DNA of 64,000 bases from Candidatus Aenigmatarchaeota archaeon (GCA_038999725.1 JAWBWS010000004.1:717-64716), one strand, 5' to 3'. Shown: positions 47,759-58,125, counted from the first letter of the stretch. Notes: generated by a model from the letters alone, not told the origin. Numbers and translations: made by a program.

Positions 47759-49771
47759 ATGTTTGTTCATAACTTCTTATCAAGCACAAGAGTTGTAAGA
47801 ACACTTCAAGAAATAGACCCAGAGTATGTGGAAATTATTCCATATGAAATTTTTAAAGAAGGTTATGAAAGAGAGTTAAGTTTAAGAATTTTAAGTTTTC
47901 TGAAAGAAAATCTTCAAGTGAGAAGCACAAAAGCCAATTTTCTTCGTAATTTAAGAGAAAATATGGTTGAATTTAAAGACGATGGTTCGAAATATTTTTT
48001 GTATGTGGAAAACTCTTTTCCTCAATCTTTATATTACGAAGAAATTAATGGTAGAGTTCAACCCAGAAAAAATATAGCTGGGTTTATCCCTAAAACAAAT
48101 AGGGATTTTGGCTCCTCTATTAACCCCGCCTTGAGTATTTTCCCAAAAATTCTGAATTCTTATAATGTGAATTGTTTATTGATTTCTGTTACCCCTCTCG
48201 GTCTAATACCATATGAAATTAAAACCTTAGAACCACTTGTAAAAGTAGAGCCTTTTTCCATACCAAATATATTTGATTACTCAGAAGTGGAAAGAAGCCT
48301 AAGGTATTCGAAACTCCGTGCAGAATTAATGGGTAAAACTCCACCTAAAGATTTTAACTTAGATGCCTTAGCCTTTTCTTTTCATTATAATAAAAAACTG
48401 AAACCAATATACTGGAGGGACATCGAGAAAAAATGTAGCAAAATTATGTTAAAAGATTTCACATATATTTCAAATGAATTTATAAAGAATAACACAAACC
48501 ACAAAGCAATACTTTGTTTGTCACAAAAACCTCACTTGAAAAACTTGAGAGAAATTCTCAAACGATTTGGGTTGTATGATGAAGAATTTGACTTGACAAA
48601 AAAACTCTTGGAAAGAAAGCCTGGTGATGAAGAGTATATGATGTGGGGGATATCATCACCTTATTTTACAGGCCAATATTCTCTGGACATCAACAATGTA
48701 AGAAGGTACCACATGGGAATGTTAGAAAGAATAATCAGGAAAAAAATAAACAGCGAGAAAATTGAAGTGGTTTATGGTACCACATTAACAGGTGAGAGGT
48801 TAAAAGACAAAAAGCTACTCAAATTCTTCGAAAATTGGCTTGACACGGATATAGACTCTATAACTACAGTTTATGCTACTCCAGTCCCATGTAAAAAAGG
48901 TAGCATCGTTCGAGAATATAATGACGAAGAGTTTTGCAGCAAGGAAGAATATATTAAATGGAGAGAAAGACAGAAAGAATCGGATATTTGGAGATTAGAA
49001 GAATATGTGGATGAAAGTGGAATACAGCCTTGGACTGGTATAATTCAATTAATTCAATCGAAAATTGAAGAAGAACTCTATCCACCCAAATTGATGATAA
49101 GAGAAATAAATTTAGAAAGTTCGGATTATCATTTTAGCTATTTAACCAGAACCCCCGTGGAAAATATTTTAAAAGATGATATAGATGAAGAAATAAAAAA
49201 TAAGAGAATAATCACAAAATCTGGAAAGGGGGGAACAATAGAAGAGTTTGGAAAAATTGGCAGCCTTATTCACGATTGTAGAAGATATTGTTCCATAAGC
49301 TGTCATGATTTTACAAAATTCACCGAAGTTCCTCTGGAGTTAAATGTCTCCTATGGGGGGTATAAATACAAAATTTCTGGAATAAGTGACATAATCCTGG
49401 AGACAGGAAAAGGCAAACTCCATGTATGTAACACAAAGTTAGAGGCAAGCTATTTCCCACCACGAGGCCAAAGAATGCAAGTTCTTGCAGAAGCTCTTGC
49501 CGCTATGCAATTGTTTAAAAAAGAGTTAGATAGTGTAAGTTTGTACTATCACACAAGTGTTTTAAGGGAGGGCATTCTTTTTGTGTTTTTCCCAACCCAA
49601 GAACAACAGCAAAAAATTCTCAATGAAATTGGAAAAGAGGTGTACGATTACTTTCAGATGAAGGAAAATCCCAAACTGATACCAGAATATTTTTCAAAAT
49701 ATAAAAGATGGATGAAAGATCCTGAGCTTGTTAAAAAAATTATAGAAAAAAGATTAAATATAACCTTTTAA
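47759..49771 (+). CDS. Large protein with C-terminal Cas4/RecB-like PD-(D/E)XK nuclease domain
   Basis: GSLIH, TEVPL, ISGISDII, HVCNTK, QVLAEALA pattern; N-terminal ~480 aa unassigned. Confidence 0.62.
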   Translation: MFVHNFLSSTRVVRTLQEIDPEYVEIIPYEIFKEGYERELSLRILSFLKENLQVRSTKANFLRNLRENMVEFKDDGSKYFLYVENSFPQSLYYEEINGRVQPRKNIAGFIPKTNRDFGSSINPALSIFPKILNSYNVNCLLISVTPLGLIPYEIKTLEPLVKVEPFSIPNIFDYSEVERSLRYSKLRAELMGKTPPKDFNLDALAFSFHYNKKLKPIYWRDIEKKCSKIMLKDFTYISNEFIKNNTNHKAILCLSQKPHLKNLREILKRFGLYDEEFDLTKKLLERKPGDEEYMMWGISSPYFTGQYSLDINNVRRYHMGMLERIIRKKINSEKIEVVYGTTLTGERLKDKKLLKFFENWLDTDIDSITTVYATPVPCKKGSIVREYNDEEFCSKEEYIKWRERQKESDIWRLEEYVDESGIQPWTGIIQLIQSKIEEELYPPKLMIREINLESSDYHFSYLTRTPVENILKDDIDEEIKNKRIITKSGKGGTIEEFGKIGSLIHDCRRYCSISCHDFTKFTEVPLELNVSYGGYKYKISGISDIILETGKGKLHVCNTKLEASYFPPRGQRMQVLAEALAAMQLFKKELDSVSLYYHTSVLREGILFVFFPTQEQQQKILNEIGKEVYDYFQMKENPKLIPEYFSKYKRWMKDPELVKKIIEKRLNITF

Positions 49772-51445
49772 TCACATTTTTTCCAAAGCTTTTATTCCAA
49801 GAAGTTCAAGGACCTTATTCAAAACAATTTTTGTTGCCTTCACAAGAGTAAGCCTGAAGTTCCTCTTCTCTTTCGTCTCAGCCTTGAGAACAGGATTTGT
49901 CTCATAAAATCTTCCAAAAATCGTGGCAAGTTCGTAAGCGTAGTTGCAAATGTAGTGTGGTTTTAAATCTCTTCCAGCTTCTTCCACAACCTTCTTAAAT
50001 CTTGCTAATGTTCTTATCAGTTCTTTTTCTCCTTCTGTTAGTTCTTTTGTTTTGAACAGTAACTTAAACTTTCCAGCTCTTCTCAATATTCCCACACATC
50101 TTGTATGAGCATATTGCAAGTATGGTCCTGTATCGCCTTCTAGCCTAAGCATTTGGTTCCAATCAAAAGTTATGGTCTTTTCAGGCTCAATTCTTACAAT
50201 AGCATACTTCAAAGCTCCTATTCCCACAGCCTCGGCAATTTCCTTCTTTTCTTTTTCGGAGAGGTTGGTCCTCCTCTTCTCAATTTCCTTCAAGGCGGTT
50301 TCCACAAGCTTGTCTACAACTTCATCAAGCATTAAAGCTTTACCCTCTCTGGATGACATTTTTCCTTCAGGTAAGTGAACAAGCTCAAAAGCAAAATGTT
50401 TGCAACCACTAACCCACTTGTAGCCAAATAACTCCAAGAGCTTGAAAAGTTGTTTAAAATGAAGGTTTTGCTCGGTTGCAACAACCCATATGTGACTGTC
50501 AAGCTTGTACTTTTCAAACCTTTTAACAGTCATACCCAAATCACTTGTTATGTACAAGCCGGTGCCATCCGACCTTAACAAAACTGTATCAGGTAAGCCA
50601 AACTTCTCTAGCCTAGACAAGACTGCACCATCTTCCATTTTAGTCATAATTCCTCTCTTCAACCCTTCTTCAATTAGTTTCTTTCCAAGCTCTCTGAACT
50701 CACTCTCATAAAAATAAACGTCAAAGTTTATTCCCAACCGATGATAGGTTTCTTCAAACCCCTTAACACACCACCCAACTATTTTCTTCCATATTCTTCT
50801 TATCTTTTTGTCTTTTTCCAATTCAAACTTCCTCAAAATTTCTCTTGCCTTTTCTTCTAGACTGGGATTAGTTTTGGCTTCTTCATGAAACTTAACATAA
50901 AGTTTCCAAAGCCAAGCATCAGGCTTTCCTTCTGGTTCCTTTCCTTCTGCCCAAAGCAAGTAGGCTGTGACGAGTTTAGCAACTTGAAGGCCAATATCAT
51001 TCATCAAGTTAGCTCTTATCACTTTATACCCCAAAAACTCCAAAATCCTTGCAAGTGAATCACCAAGGAAAGTGCCTCTTGCATGCCCTATGTGCATGGA
51101 ATGCACAGGATTTGGCTGAGAAAACTCAATCATCACTTTCTTCCTTTTCCTTGAAATTCCTTTTTTCATCACTTCCTTCAAGACAAGTTCTGAAACTTTC
51201 TGGTAATCCAGAAAGAAATTTAAGTAGCCCGATCTTGCCTCAACCTTTGAAATTAAAGACCCTTTTGGGATTTTTATCTTTTTTACCAGATTTTCAGCTA
51301 TTTCATTTGGGTTTCTTTTTTCTTTTTTAGCTAGATCGAAACAAGGAAAAGCTATATCACCGAATTCTTTTACCTTTGGGACTTCCAGTTTTAATTCTTC
51401 TATTCCTGCTTTTTTCAAAATTGCTTCTATTTCTCTTTCAATCAT
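49772..51445 (-). CDS. argS: Arginine--tRNA ligase
   Basis: FGDIA, EFSQPNP, HIGH, KMSSR, GPYLQYAH. Confidence 0.97.
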   Translation of the reverse strand: MIEREIEAILKKAGIEELKLEVPKVKEFGDIAFPCFDLAKKEKRNPNEIAENLVKKIKIPKGSLISKVEARSGYLNFFLDYQKVSELVLKEVMKKGISRKRKKVMIEFSQPNPVHSMHIGHARGTFLGDSLARILEFLGYKVIRANLMNDIGLQVAKLVTAYLLWAEGKEPEGKPDAWLWKLYVKFHEEAKTNPSLEEKAREILRKFELEKDKKIRRIWKKIVGWCVKGFEETYHRLGINFDVYFYESEFRELGKKLIEEGLKRGIMTKMEDGAVLSRLEKFGLPDTVLLRSDGTGLYITSDLGMTVKRFEKYKLDSHIWVVATEQNLHFKQLFKLLELFGYKWVSGCKHFAFELVHLPEGKMSSREGKALMLDEVVDKLVETALKEIEKRRTNLSEKEKKEIAEAVGIGALKYAIVRIEPEKTITFDWNQMLRLEGDTGPYLQYAHTRCVGILRRAGKFKLLFKTKELTEGEKELIRTLARFKKVVEEAGRDLKPHYICNYAYELATIFGRFYETNPVLKAETKEKRNFRLTLVKATKIVLNKVLELLGIKALEKM

Positions 51446-51700
51446 ATAATCAAATTGTTCAAATAAAAATAAAATTCTTCAAAAGGTTTAAAGCTCTGTC
51501 ATTCTGATATTTTACCCTGGTTTTATAAATCCGGTTTTTGTGCAAAAAAATATTTTTTAATGGTTAAGCCAATTCTCGCCATATTTTTTTCTTTCCTTTT
51601 TTACCAATAAAGTAGCTTTTTTAGATGGGCTTTTTAGGAGATTGTAAGAAAAATTTAAAAGAGAAGAAATGAACAATTGCAGTAAAACAGGAGTCAAAGT

Positions 51701-53476
51701 ATGTGTGGTATAATAGGCTACATAGGAAGAGAAAATGCACCACCAGCGATTTTAGATGGACTAAGACATTTGGAGTACAGAGGGTACGACTCTGTTGGAG
51801 TTGCTTTTGTTTCTCCCAAAGAAGTCATCATAAAAAAAGATAAAGGTATGGTGGAAGAAGTTCATAAGAAACTAAATTTTTTGGATCCAGCTGTAAATTT
51901 GGCTGTTGCACATACAAGATGGGCTACACATGGAAAAATTTCAAAAGAAAATGCTCACCCTCACACAGATTGCAAATCAAACATAGCAATAGTTCACAAT
52001 GGCATAATAGAGAATTATAAAGAGTTGAGAGAAAGATTGATACTTTCTGGTCATGTCTTCAAGAGTGAAACTGATAGTGAAGTTATAGCCCATTTAATAG
52101 AGGAAGAATTGAAAAATCGTGAAAATTTTGAAGAGGCTTGTTGTGCTGCATTCAACAAATTAGAAGGAAGCTTTGCGGTTTTAGTTGTTAAAAAAGGGGA
52201 GAATAAAATTGTTGCTATTAAGAAAGGTTCACCTTTAGTTATTGGAATTGCTGATCATGGTTATTTTGCTGCAAGTGATATACCAGCTTTTATCGAACAC
52301 ACTAACCAAGTTGTTTATCTTTCAGATTGGGATATGGCTGTTCTAGATTCTACTCCAATTTTCTTTAACATCAAAGATGGGATGCTAACAAGAGTTGAAA
52401 AACCCATACATATAATTGACTGGAATGCAGAGAAAACCAAAAAAGGTGGGTTTGAGCATTTCATGCTTAAAGAAATTTGTGAGCAAGCTGAAACTATAGA
52501 AAGAGTTGTTGCTCAAGAGAAAGAGGTTGTTAAAAAAATTGTGGATGAAATTGAAAAAGCATATGGTGTATTTTTTATTGGGTGTGGCTCAAGTTATCAT
52601 GCTTGTCTGGTAGCAAGTTATATATTCTCAAAAATTGCTAAAAAGCATGTGAATGTAGTTCTTGCATCAGAATTTCCAAATTATGAGCATTTTTTAACAA
52701 AAGATACTCTTGTCATTGCAGTTTCCCAATCTGGCGAAACTTACGATGTTCTAGAAGCTGTTAGAGCTGCTAAAAGGAAGGGAAGTAAAATAATTTCAAT
52801 AGTTAATGTGATGGGATCGAGTTTGACAAGGGAGTCTGACTCCTTCTTACTCATGCATGCTGGTCCTGAGATTGGTGTTGCGTCAACGAAAACTTATACT
52901 TCAGAAATAGCACTTTTAACACTTCTAGCTTACTCTTTGATTGGAAAATTTGAAGAAGGTAAGGAAAGGGTGAAAAGTCTTAGGAATGTTATCTCTTATT
53001 TCACTTCAGAAACTTCAAGAAATAAAATAAAAGAGTTAGCAGAAAAATTGAAAGATAAAGAACATATCTTTTGTATCGGGAGGGGAACACAATATGCCAC
53101 TGCTTTGGAAGCTGCATTGAAAATAAAGGAAGTTTCTTATATTCATGCTGAGGCCTTGGCCGGTGGAGAGTTGAAGCATGGAACTATTGCCCTAATTGAA
53201 AATAATACTCCATGTATAGTTTTTATTTCGGAAGAAAATGAAAAAGAGATTCTTTCAAATGCTATGGAAATAAAGTCTAGGGGTGGGTATATAATTGGCG
53301 TGTCTCCAAAAAATAATGAAATATTCGATTATTGGATAAAAGTTCCTGAAGCAAATACAGAAAATCCGATTGTTCAAATCATCCCAATGCAAATTTTGGC
53401 TTATTACTTGGCTGTTTTGAGAGGACACAACCCAGACCGTCCTAGAAATCTTGCGAAAAGTGTGACAGTAAAATGA
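51701..53476 (+). CDS. glmS: Glutamine--fructose-6-phosphate transaminase
   Basis: MCGIIG, EYRGYDS, HTRWATHG, SQSGET, PRNLAKSVTV. Confidence 0.97.
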   Translation: MCGIIGYIGRENAPPAILDGLRHLEYRGYDSVGVAFVSPKEVIIKKDKGMVEEVHKKLNFLDPAVNLAVAHTRWATHGKISKENAHPHTDCKSNIAIVHNGIIENYKELRERLILSGHVFKSETDSEVIAHLIEEELKNRENFEEACCAAFNKLEGSFAVLVVKKGENKIVAIKKGSPLVIGIADHGYFAASDIPAFIEHTNQVVYLSDWDMAVLDSTPIFFNIKDGMLTRVEKPIHIIDWNAEKTKKGGFEHFMLKEICEQAETIERVVAQEKEVVKKIVDEIEKAYGVFFIGCGSSYHACLVASYIFSKIAKKHVNVVLASEFPNYEHFLTKDTLVIAVSQSGETYDVLEAVRAAKRKGSKIISIVNVMGSSLTRESDSFLLMHAGPEIGVASTKTYTSEIALLTLLAYSLIGKFEEGKERVKSLRNVISYFTSETSRNKIKELAEKLKDKEHIFCIGRGTQYATALEAALKIKEVSYIHAEALAGGELKHGTIALIENNTPCIVFISEENEKEILSNAMEIKSRGGYIIGVSPKNNEIFDYWIKVPEANTENPIVQIIPMQILAYYLAVLRGHNPDRPRNLAKSVTVK

Positions 53477-53525
53477 AGATTAATTCTTTTTCAATCTCCC
53501 TGCGAAATTAATAAGTTAATTTGAG

Positions 53526-54026
53526 GTGAGTGAGTTGAAGGAAATTTTGATAAAGCGAATGAAAGAGAAGCAAATAGAAGAAGTAGCAAAAGTTGCCTCA
53601 AAATGTTTTAGTGGCCTAAAAGACATAAAAAAAGCGAGAAGGTGGATAAAGTGCAATTTTAACGCTTTTCCAAGGATGCAATATTTTGTGGCTCAAAAAG
53701 GAAAAAAAGTTTTGGGATACATACTTTGGGTGGAAAAAGGGGGATTTAGAGAAGAAGCCGTGTTCGAATTAGAGCAAATTGGAGTTCACCCAAACTACAG
53801 AGGAATGGGGATTGGCACAAGACTTATTAAAGAGTCTTTGAGAGAATTAAAAAATTCTCTCAAAAAACGTGGCTCAAGGTTAAAGCTTGTTGAAGTCACA
53901 ACTGGAGTGAGCAATGAAGCACAAAAATTGTACAAAAAAACTCTAGGTGCAAAGCCAGAGTGTGTGATAAAAGATTTGTTTAGAGAAGATGAAGTGATAA
54001 TGATTGCAAGATTCAACAAAAAGTGA
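53526..54026 (+). CDS. GNAT acetyltransferase
   Basis: IGVHPNYRGMGIGTRL, NEAQKLY. Confidence 0.9.
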   Translation: MSELKEILIKRMKEKQIEEVAKVASKCFSGLKDIKKARRWIKCNFNAFPRMQYFVAQKGKKVLGYILWVEKGGFREEAVFELEQIGVHPNYRGMGIGTRLIKESLRELKNSLKKRGSRLKLVEVTTGVSNEAQKLYKKTLGAKPECVIKDLFREDEVIMIARFNKK

Positions 54027-54028
54027 AA

Positions 54029-54937
54029 TCATTCAAGGAATTCCACATCGTCTATTATTCCATCAGCATCTCTATCTATGCCTTTAACAACTCTCGCGAA
54101 CCCTCCATTGAACTTATTCCCTTCTGCAACTTTTTTTGGATATTTCACAAGAGCAACTATAGCTGCCCTTGTTCCCTTAAACCTTTTTCCTGACAAAACT
54201 AAAATTTCCTTCCCTCTTGCAAATGGGTTTGAAGTTTTAACCACTATACCAATCTCATCTTCCACATAAACAGTTTTTGATAAAGATGAGACTATGTTGA
54301 AATCATGCTTGGTGTCAAAATAGATGGGAAGCCTATCATTTATCTTATCTATCAAAATATTTGCTTTTGGCCCTCCTATCAAGATTAGATTTTTCTGGAG
54401 ATCTTCTTCTCTAATTTGAGTGTCGAGTTTGTAATTTAAATTTGAGGATTCGAGGAATGTGCCTAAGAAAAGGGCCAAATCAATTGCAGCACTTCCATCA
54501 GAAGCCTGTGCCCCATATCTTCCATGTGGATCTGGAGAACCAACAACAATAATAGCATTTAGTTTACCTTTTTGAATGAAGGAACCCAAAAACTCCGATT
54601 CTTTAATTCTTGCCTTTATCTCGAGAGGTTTGGCATCAAAAAGTTTAACTGCAATGTAAGGAGAAGATACAGAATAAATTTTAGCCACGGCTCCGACCCT
54701 CTCAACCTTTTTCTCCAGTCTAATTATTCCTGCTTCTTCCAACCTTCTCAAGTGGTAATAGATTTTTTGCTCATGCTGCTTGAGCTTTCTGGCTATGTCC
54801 ATGGCACAGCTTGGCTGCTTTGAAAGTTCTTCCAAAATTCTCAAGGAAAGCTCACTGCTCAAGACTTTCAAATTCCTTGGTTCAATCACCAAACACTTAA
54901 AAGCTTTTTCTTCTCCATCTTCCACAAAATATGGCAT
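54029..54937 (-). CDS. ArsR-like HTH regulator with C-terminal S-layer-like alpha/beta domain
   Basis: RILEELS...DIARKL..HEQKIYYHLRRLEEAG; C-terminal VVGSPDPHG and NLILIGGPKAN. Confidence 0.8.
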   Translation of the reverse strand: MPYFVEDGEEKAFKCLVIEPRNLKVLSSELSLRILEELSKQPSCAMDIARKLKQHEQKIYYHLRRLEEAGIIRLEKKVERVGAVAKIYSVSSPYIAVKLFDAKPLEIKARIKESEFLGSFIQKGKLNAIIVVGSPDPHGRYGAQASDGSAAIDLALFLGTFLESSNLNYKLDTQIREEDLQKNLILIGGPKANILIDKINDRLPIYFDTKHDFNIVSSLSKTVYVEDEIGIVVKTSNPFARGKEILVLSGKRFKGTRAAIVALVKYPKKVAEGNKFNGGFARVVKGIDRDADGIIDDVEFLE

Positions 54938-55079
54938 AATTTTTAGAATAATTTTTGGATGTTATAAAGTTTTTTATAATGGTGAAGAAAAGAAGATTTT
55001 TCTTTTCTCTTTTGCAACCTAAACCTTCAATCAAACATTTTAGGTTTATTTTTTATACATTTGTTTTCAATTAATTTTT

Positions 55080-56438
55080 ATGGCATTTAATGAAAAAGGG
55101 ATACAGGAAATTTTTAAAAAATACGATATAAGAGGTTTGGTCCCCCGAGAAATCAACTCGAGAATTGCTTTCAAGCTTGGGGAAGCTTTCGGTATTTTTC
55201 TTGGAGGTGGAAAAAGAATTGTTGTTGGTAGAGATAACAGGAAGAGTAGCACATCACTGAAAAATTCTCTTGTTCGTGGCTTAATTTCAAGTGGTTGTGA
55301 TGTTATGGATGTGGGTTTCTCAACATCAGACATGGTCGCTTGGGCTGTAAAATATTTGAATATGGATGCTGGAGTTATGGTGACAGCTTCTCACTTGCCG
55401 GCAGAATGGAATGGAATCAAATTCTTTAACCGAGAGGGAAGAATTTACGGAATTGAGGAGCTAAAAAAGGCGCTACTCCCTCTTATTGATAAAAAATGTG
55501 AAAGTGGGAAGGAAGGTAAAATTGAAAGAATTGAAATCTTGGAAGAGTATATTAAAGCTGTGATTTCAAGTGCTAAAAAAATTACAAGGAATGATTCTTT
55601 AGAAAACATGAAAATAGTGTTTGACGGTATGAATGGTATGGCTTCTTTGGTTTTGCCAAAAATCTTGAAAGAGTTAAATGCCAACTTGATTGAAATAAAC
55701 ACGAACTTTGAAGAGGGTTTTAAAAAACCTCCTGAACCAACAGAAGAAACAGTAAAAGAGCTTTGTCAAAAAGTCTTGGAAACTAAAGCTGATTTGGGGA
55801 TAATTTGCGATGGAGATGCTGACAGAGTTTTGTTTGTTGATGACAGAGGGAATTTTGTTCCTGGTGACGAGTCTTTAATTCTCATAGCTATGGAATATTC
55901 TAAACCAGAAGAGCCAATTGTATTCTCTTTGGATACCTCCCAAATCCTCATCGACCATCTTAAGAATCAAAAGAAGTGTAAAGTGGTCTATTCAAAAATT
56001 GGAGACTTTTTTGTTACTGAAAAAATAATTGAGCATAAGGCAAATTTTGGTGGTCAGCCAAATGGACACATGAAAGATCCTTCTTTCATTCTCTATGATT
56101 CTGGCCCATTCTTCGCCACACTTTTTTCTTCCCTGTTGGCAAAAAATGGAAAAAACTTAAGCTCTACAAGGGAGGAATTACCAATCTATCACAAAATTAA
56201 CATTTCTATTCCTCATGAAAATCCATCAAATTTGATCCAAAACTTGATCAAGCAAATTGAAAAAAAAGAATGCGATATAATTTCTGATTTGGATGGTCTA
56301 AAATTCTCTTACAAAAATTCAGTTGTTCTTGTGAGACCATCTGGTTCAGAAAAAAAGCTGAGAATAAATGTTGAAAGTAACAATAAAACTGAAGCTTTGG
56401 CTTCTTTAGAAGAGGTGAAAATGTGGTTGAAATTATAG
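55080..56438 (+). CDS. Phosphohexomutase (PMM/PGM/GlmM family)
   Basis: YDIRG, TASHLP, DGDADR, VRPSGSE; near glmS and an NTP transferase. Confidence 0.9.
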   Translation: MAFNEKGIQEIFKKYDIRGLVPREINSRIAFKLGEAFGIFLGGGKRIVVGRDNRKSSTSLKNSLVRGLISSGCDVMDVGFSTSDMVAWAVKYLNMDAGVMVTASHLPAEWNGIKFFNREGRIYGIEELKKALLPLIDKKCESGKEGKIERIEILEEYIKAVISSAKKITRNDSLENMKIVFDGMNGMASLVLPKILKELNANLIEINTNFEEGFKKPPEPTEETVKELCQKVLETKADLGIICDGDADRVLFVDDRGNFVPGDESLILIAMEYSKPEEPIVFSLDTSQILIDHLKNQKKCKVVYSKIGDFFVTEKIIEHKANFGGQPNGHMKDPSFILYDSGPFFATLFSSLLAKNGKNLSSTREELPIYHKINISIPHENPSNLIQNLIKQIEKKECDIISDLDGLKFSYKNSVVLVRPSGSEKKLRINVESNNKTEALASLEEVKMWLKL

Positions 56439-57439
56439 ATACTGCAATCATTCTTGCTGCTGGGGAAGGCAAGAGAATGGCACCCCTCAGCAGGAAAATT
56501 CCAAAAGAGATGCTACCTGTTCTTGATAGACCCTTCATAAACTACAACTTAAACTATCTGGAAGAAGCTGGGATTAAAAATGTCGGGTTTGTGATTTCAC
56601 CAAAAAAAGAAATCATCAAAAGATTTTATGGAAGGAGGTATGGAAGCATGAGGCTCCTTTACTTTATCCAAAAAGAGCAACTTGGCCCAGCACATGCCAT
56701 CCTCTCGGCAGAAAATTTGGTAAAGAAGAAAAATTTTTTCTTGGTGCAATATGGTGACAGCCTAACTGAAATCAACCTAGCAAGAGAAACTATAAGCAGA
56801 TTTATGAGAGAAAAAGAGGTAGACGCTTTTCTGTCTCTTAGACCAGTTGAAGACCCTTCTAGGTATGGTGTTGTTAAGTTTGATGCAAAGGGGAAGATAG
56901 TTGATATAGTTGAGAAGCCAAGACCAGAAGAAGCTCCAAGTAAGATTGCAACTGTCGGCACATTCATTTTGAGAACAGAAGCCTATTTTGATTCTGTGAA
57001 AGAAGTTGATTTTAGTAAAGGGGAAGAATTTCCCGCCCGCTATGTTTTGAAGAATGGAACGGTAAAAGGCTGGGTTTTTCATGGTGAAAGAGTTGACCTT
57101 GGGTTTCCCAAAGATTTGATACAAGCTTCCAAACTTATAGTGAATTCTCATGGCGGTATTTTAATAAAAGAGAGTGCAATAATTGATAAAAGTGTAAAAA
57201 TAAGACCACCAATATATGTAGGTGAAATGTGTAGGATAGAAAGAAACTGTGTGATTGGGCCAAATGCTTTCATAGGAAGAAACAGTTTTGTTGGCGAGGA
57301 TTCCGAAATTCAAGAAAGTTATTTGATGAAAAATTGCAAGGTTGGGAAAGCGTGCTCAATAAATAGTTCTGTGATTGGAGAAAAATGCAAGATCCCAAAT
57401 TTTAGCAGAGTTAGGGATGAAGTTTTAACAAGATGGTGA
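56423..57439 (+). CDS. Sugar-phosphate nucleotidyltransferase with left-handed beta-helix (GlmU/RmlA-like)
   Basis: ILAAGEGKRM, PKEMLPV, QLGPAHA, VEKP, hexapeptide repeats. Confidence 0.9.
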   Translation: MVEIIDTAIILAAGEGKRMAPLSRKIPKEMLPVLDRPFINYNLNYLEEAGIKNVGFVISPKKEIIKRFYGRRYGSMRLLYFIQKEQLGPAHAILSAENLVKKKNFFLVQYGDSLTEINLARETISRFMREKEVDAFLSLRPVEDPSRYGVVKFDAKGKIVDIVEKPRPEEAPSKIATVGTFILRTEAYFDSVKEVDFSKGEEFPARYVLKNGTVKGWVFHGERVDLGFPKDLIQASKLIVNSHGGILIKESAIIDKSVKIRPPIYVGEMCRIERNCVIGPNAFIGRNSFVGEDSEIQESYLMKNCKVGKACSINSSVIGEKCKIPNFSRVRDEVLTRW

Positions 57440-58125
57440 ACATGATAAAGTGTTTGCTGTTTGATGCCGATAACACTTTGTATGAAAGTAGTAGTGCAGC
57501 AAAAGCTTCTGATCTTGAAGCAATGAAATTCCTCTCCAAGCTTTGTGGAAAGGATCCAGAAGAACTTTTGGAAGAATGGAAATCTATAGTTAATAAACTG
57601 AAAGAAAGTAGGGAACCTAAGCTTAGACATAGAAAGTACTCTTACTCCCTGCTCTTGAAGCAAAACGGATTTGAAGAAAAACTTGCGGAAAAAATCTATG
57701 AAATTTTCTTGGAAAATTTTTTAAATAAAATAAAACTTTTTGATGGTGTGAGAGAAACTCTAGAAGAACTAAAGGAAATGGGGATAAAACTTGTAATTGT
57801 GAGCGAGGATTTCAAAGAACAACTTGAAAAAAAGATCGAGAAATTAAACTTGAAAAAGTTTTTTGATTTCATCCTTACTTGTGATGATGTTGGTGTTATG
57901 AAACCAGAAAGAAAATATTATGAAATTGTGAAAGAGAAGTTGGGAATCCCTTATGAAGAGATGATGGCAATTGGTGACTCCTTTGAAAAAGACTTAGAAA
58001 TTCCAAAACTTTTGGGAATGAAATGTGTATTGGTTTATGGTGAAGATGGAAGAGCAAATTTTTCTACAAATGATTTTCGAGAGATTTTAAATCTATTAAA
58101 ATCGCTCAATAGAAAAAATAATTAA
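57433..58125 (+). CDS. HAD-family hydrolase
   Basis: FDADNTLY, MKP, IGDSFEKD. Confidence 0.9.
   Translation: MVNMIKCLLFDADNTLYESSSAAKASDLEAMKFLSKLCGKDPEELLEEWKSIVNKLKESREPKLRHRKYSYSLLLKQNGFEEKLAEKIYEIFLENFLNKIKLFDGVRETLEELKEMGIKLVIVSEDFKEQLEKKIEKLNLKKFFDFILTCDDVGVMKPERKYYEIVKEKLGIPYEEMMAIGDSFEKDLEIPKLLGMKCVLVYGEDGRANFSTNDFREILNLLKSLNRKNN

Noticed and set aside
43901..49771. Casposon or integrated virus/plasmid
   Set aside because: No cas1/integrase, terminal inverted repeats or target duplication found, and no room for them because the genes abut rpoK and argS.
51446..51700. glmS ribozyme in the long intergenic region
   Set aside because: AT-rich divergent promoter region with no recognisable ribozyme core; that element is bacterial.
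41994..55333. Similar antisense ORFs at 41994..42239 and 55067..55333 suggesting a repeat
   Set aside because: They are the reverse strands of two paralogous phosphohexomutase N-termini, not a DNA repeat element.
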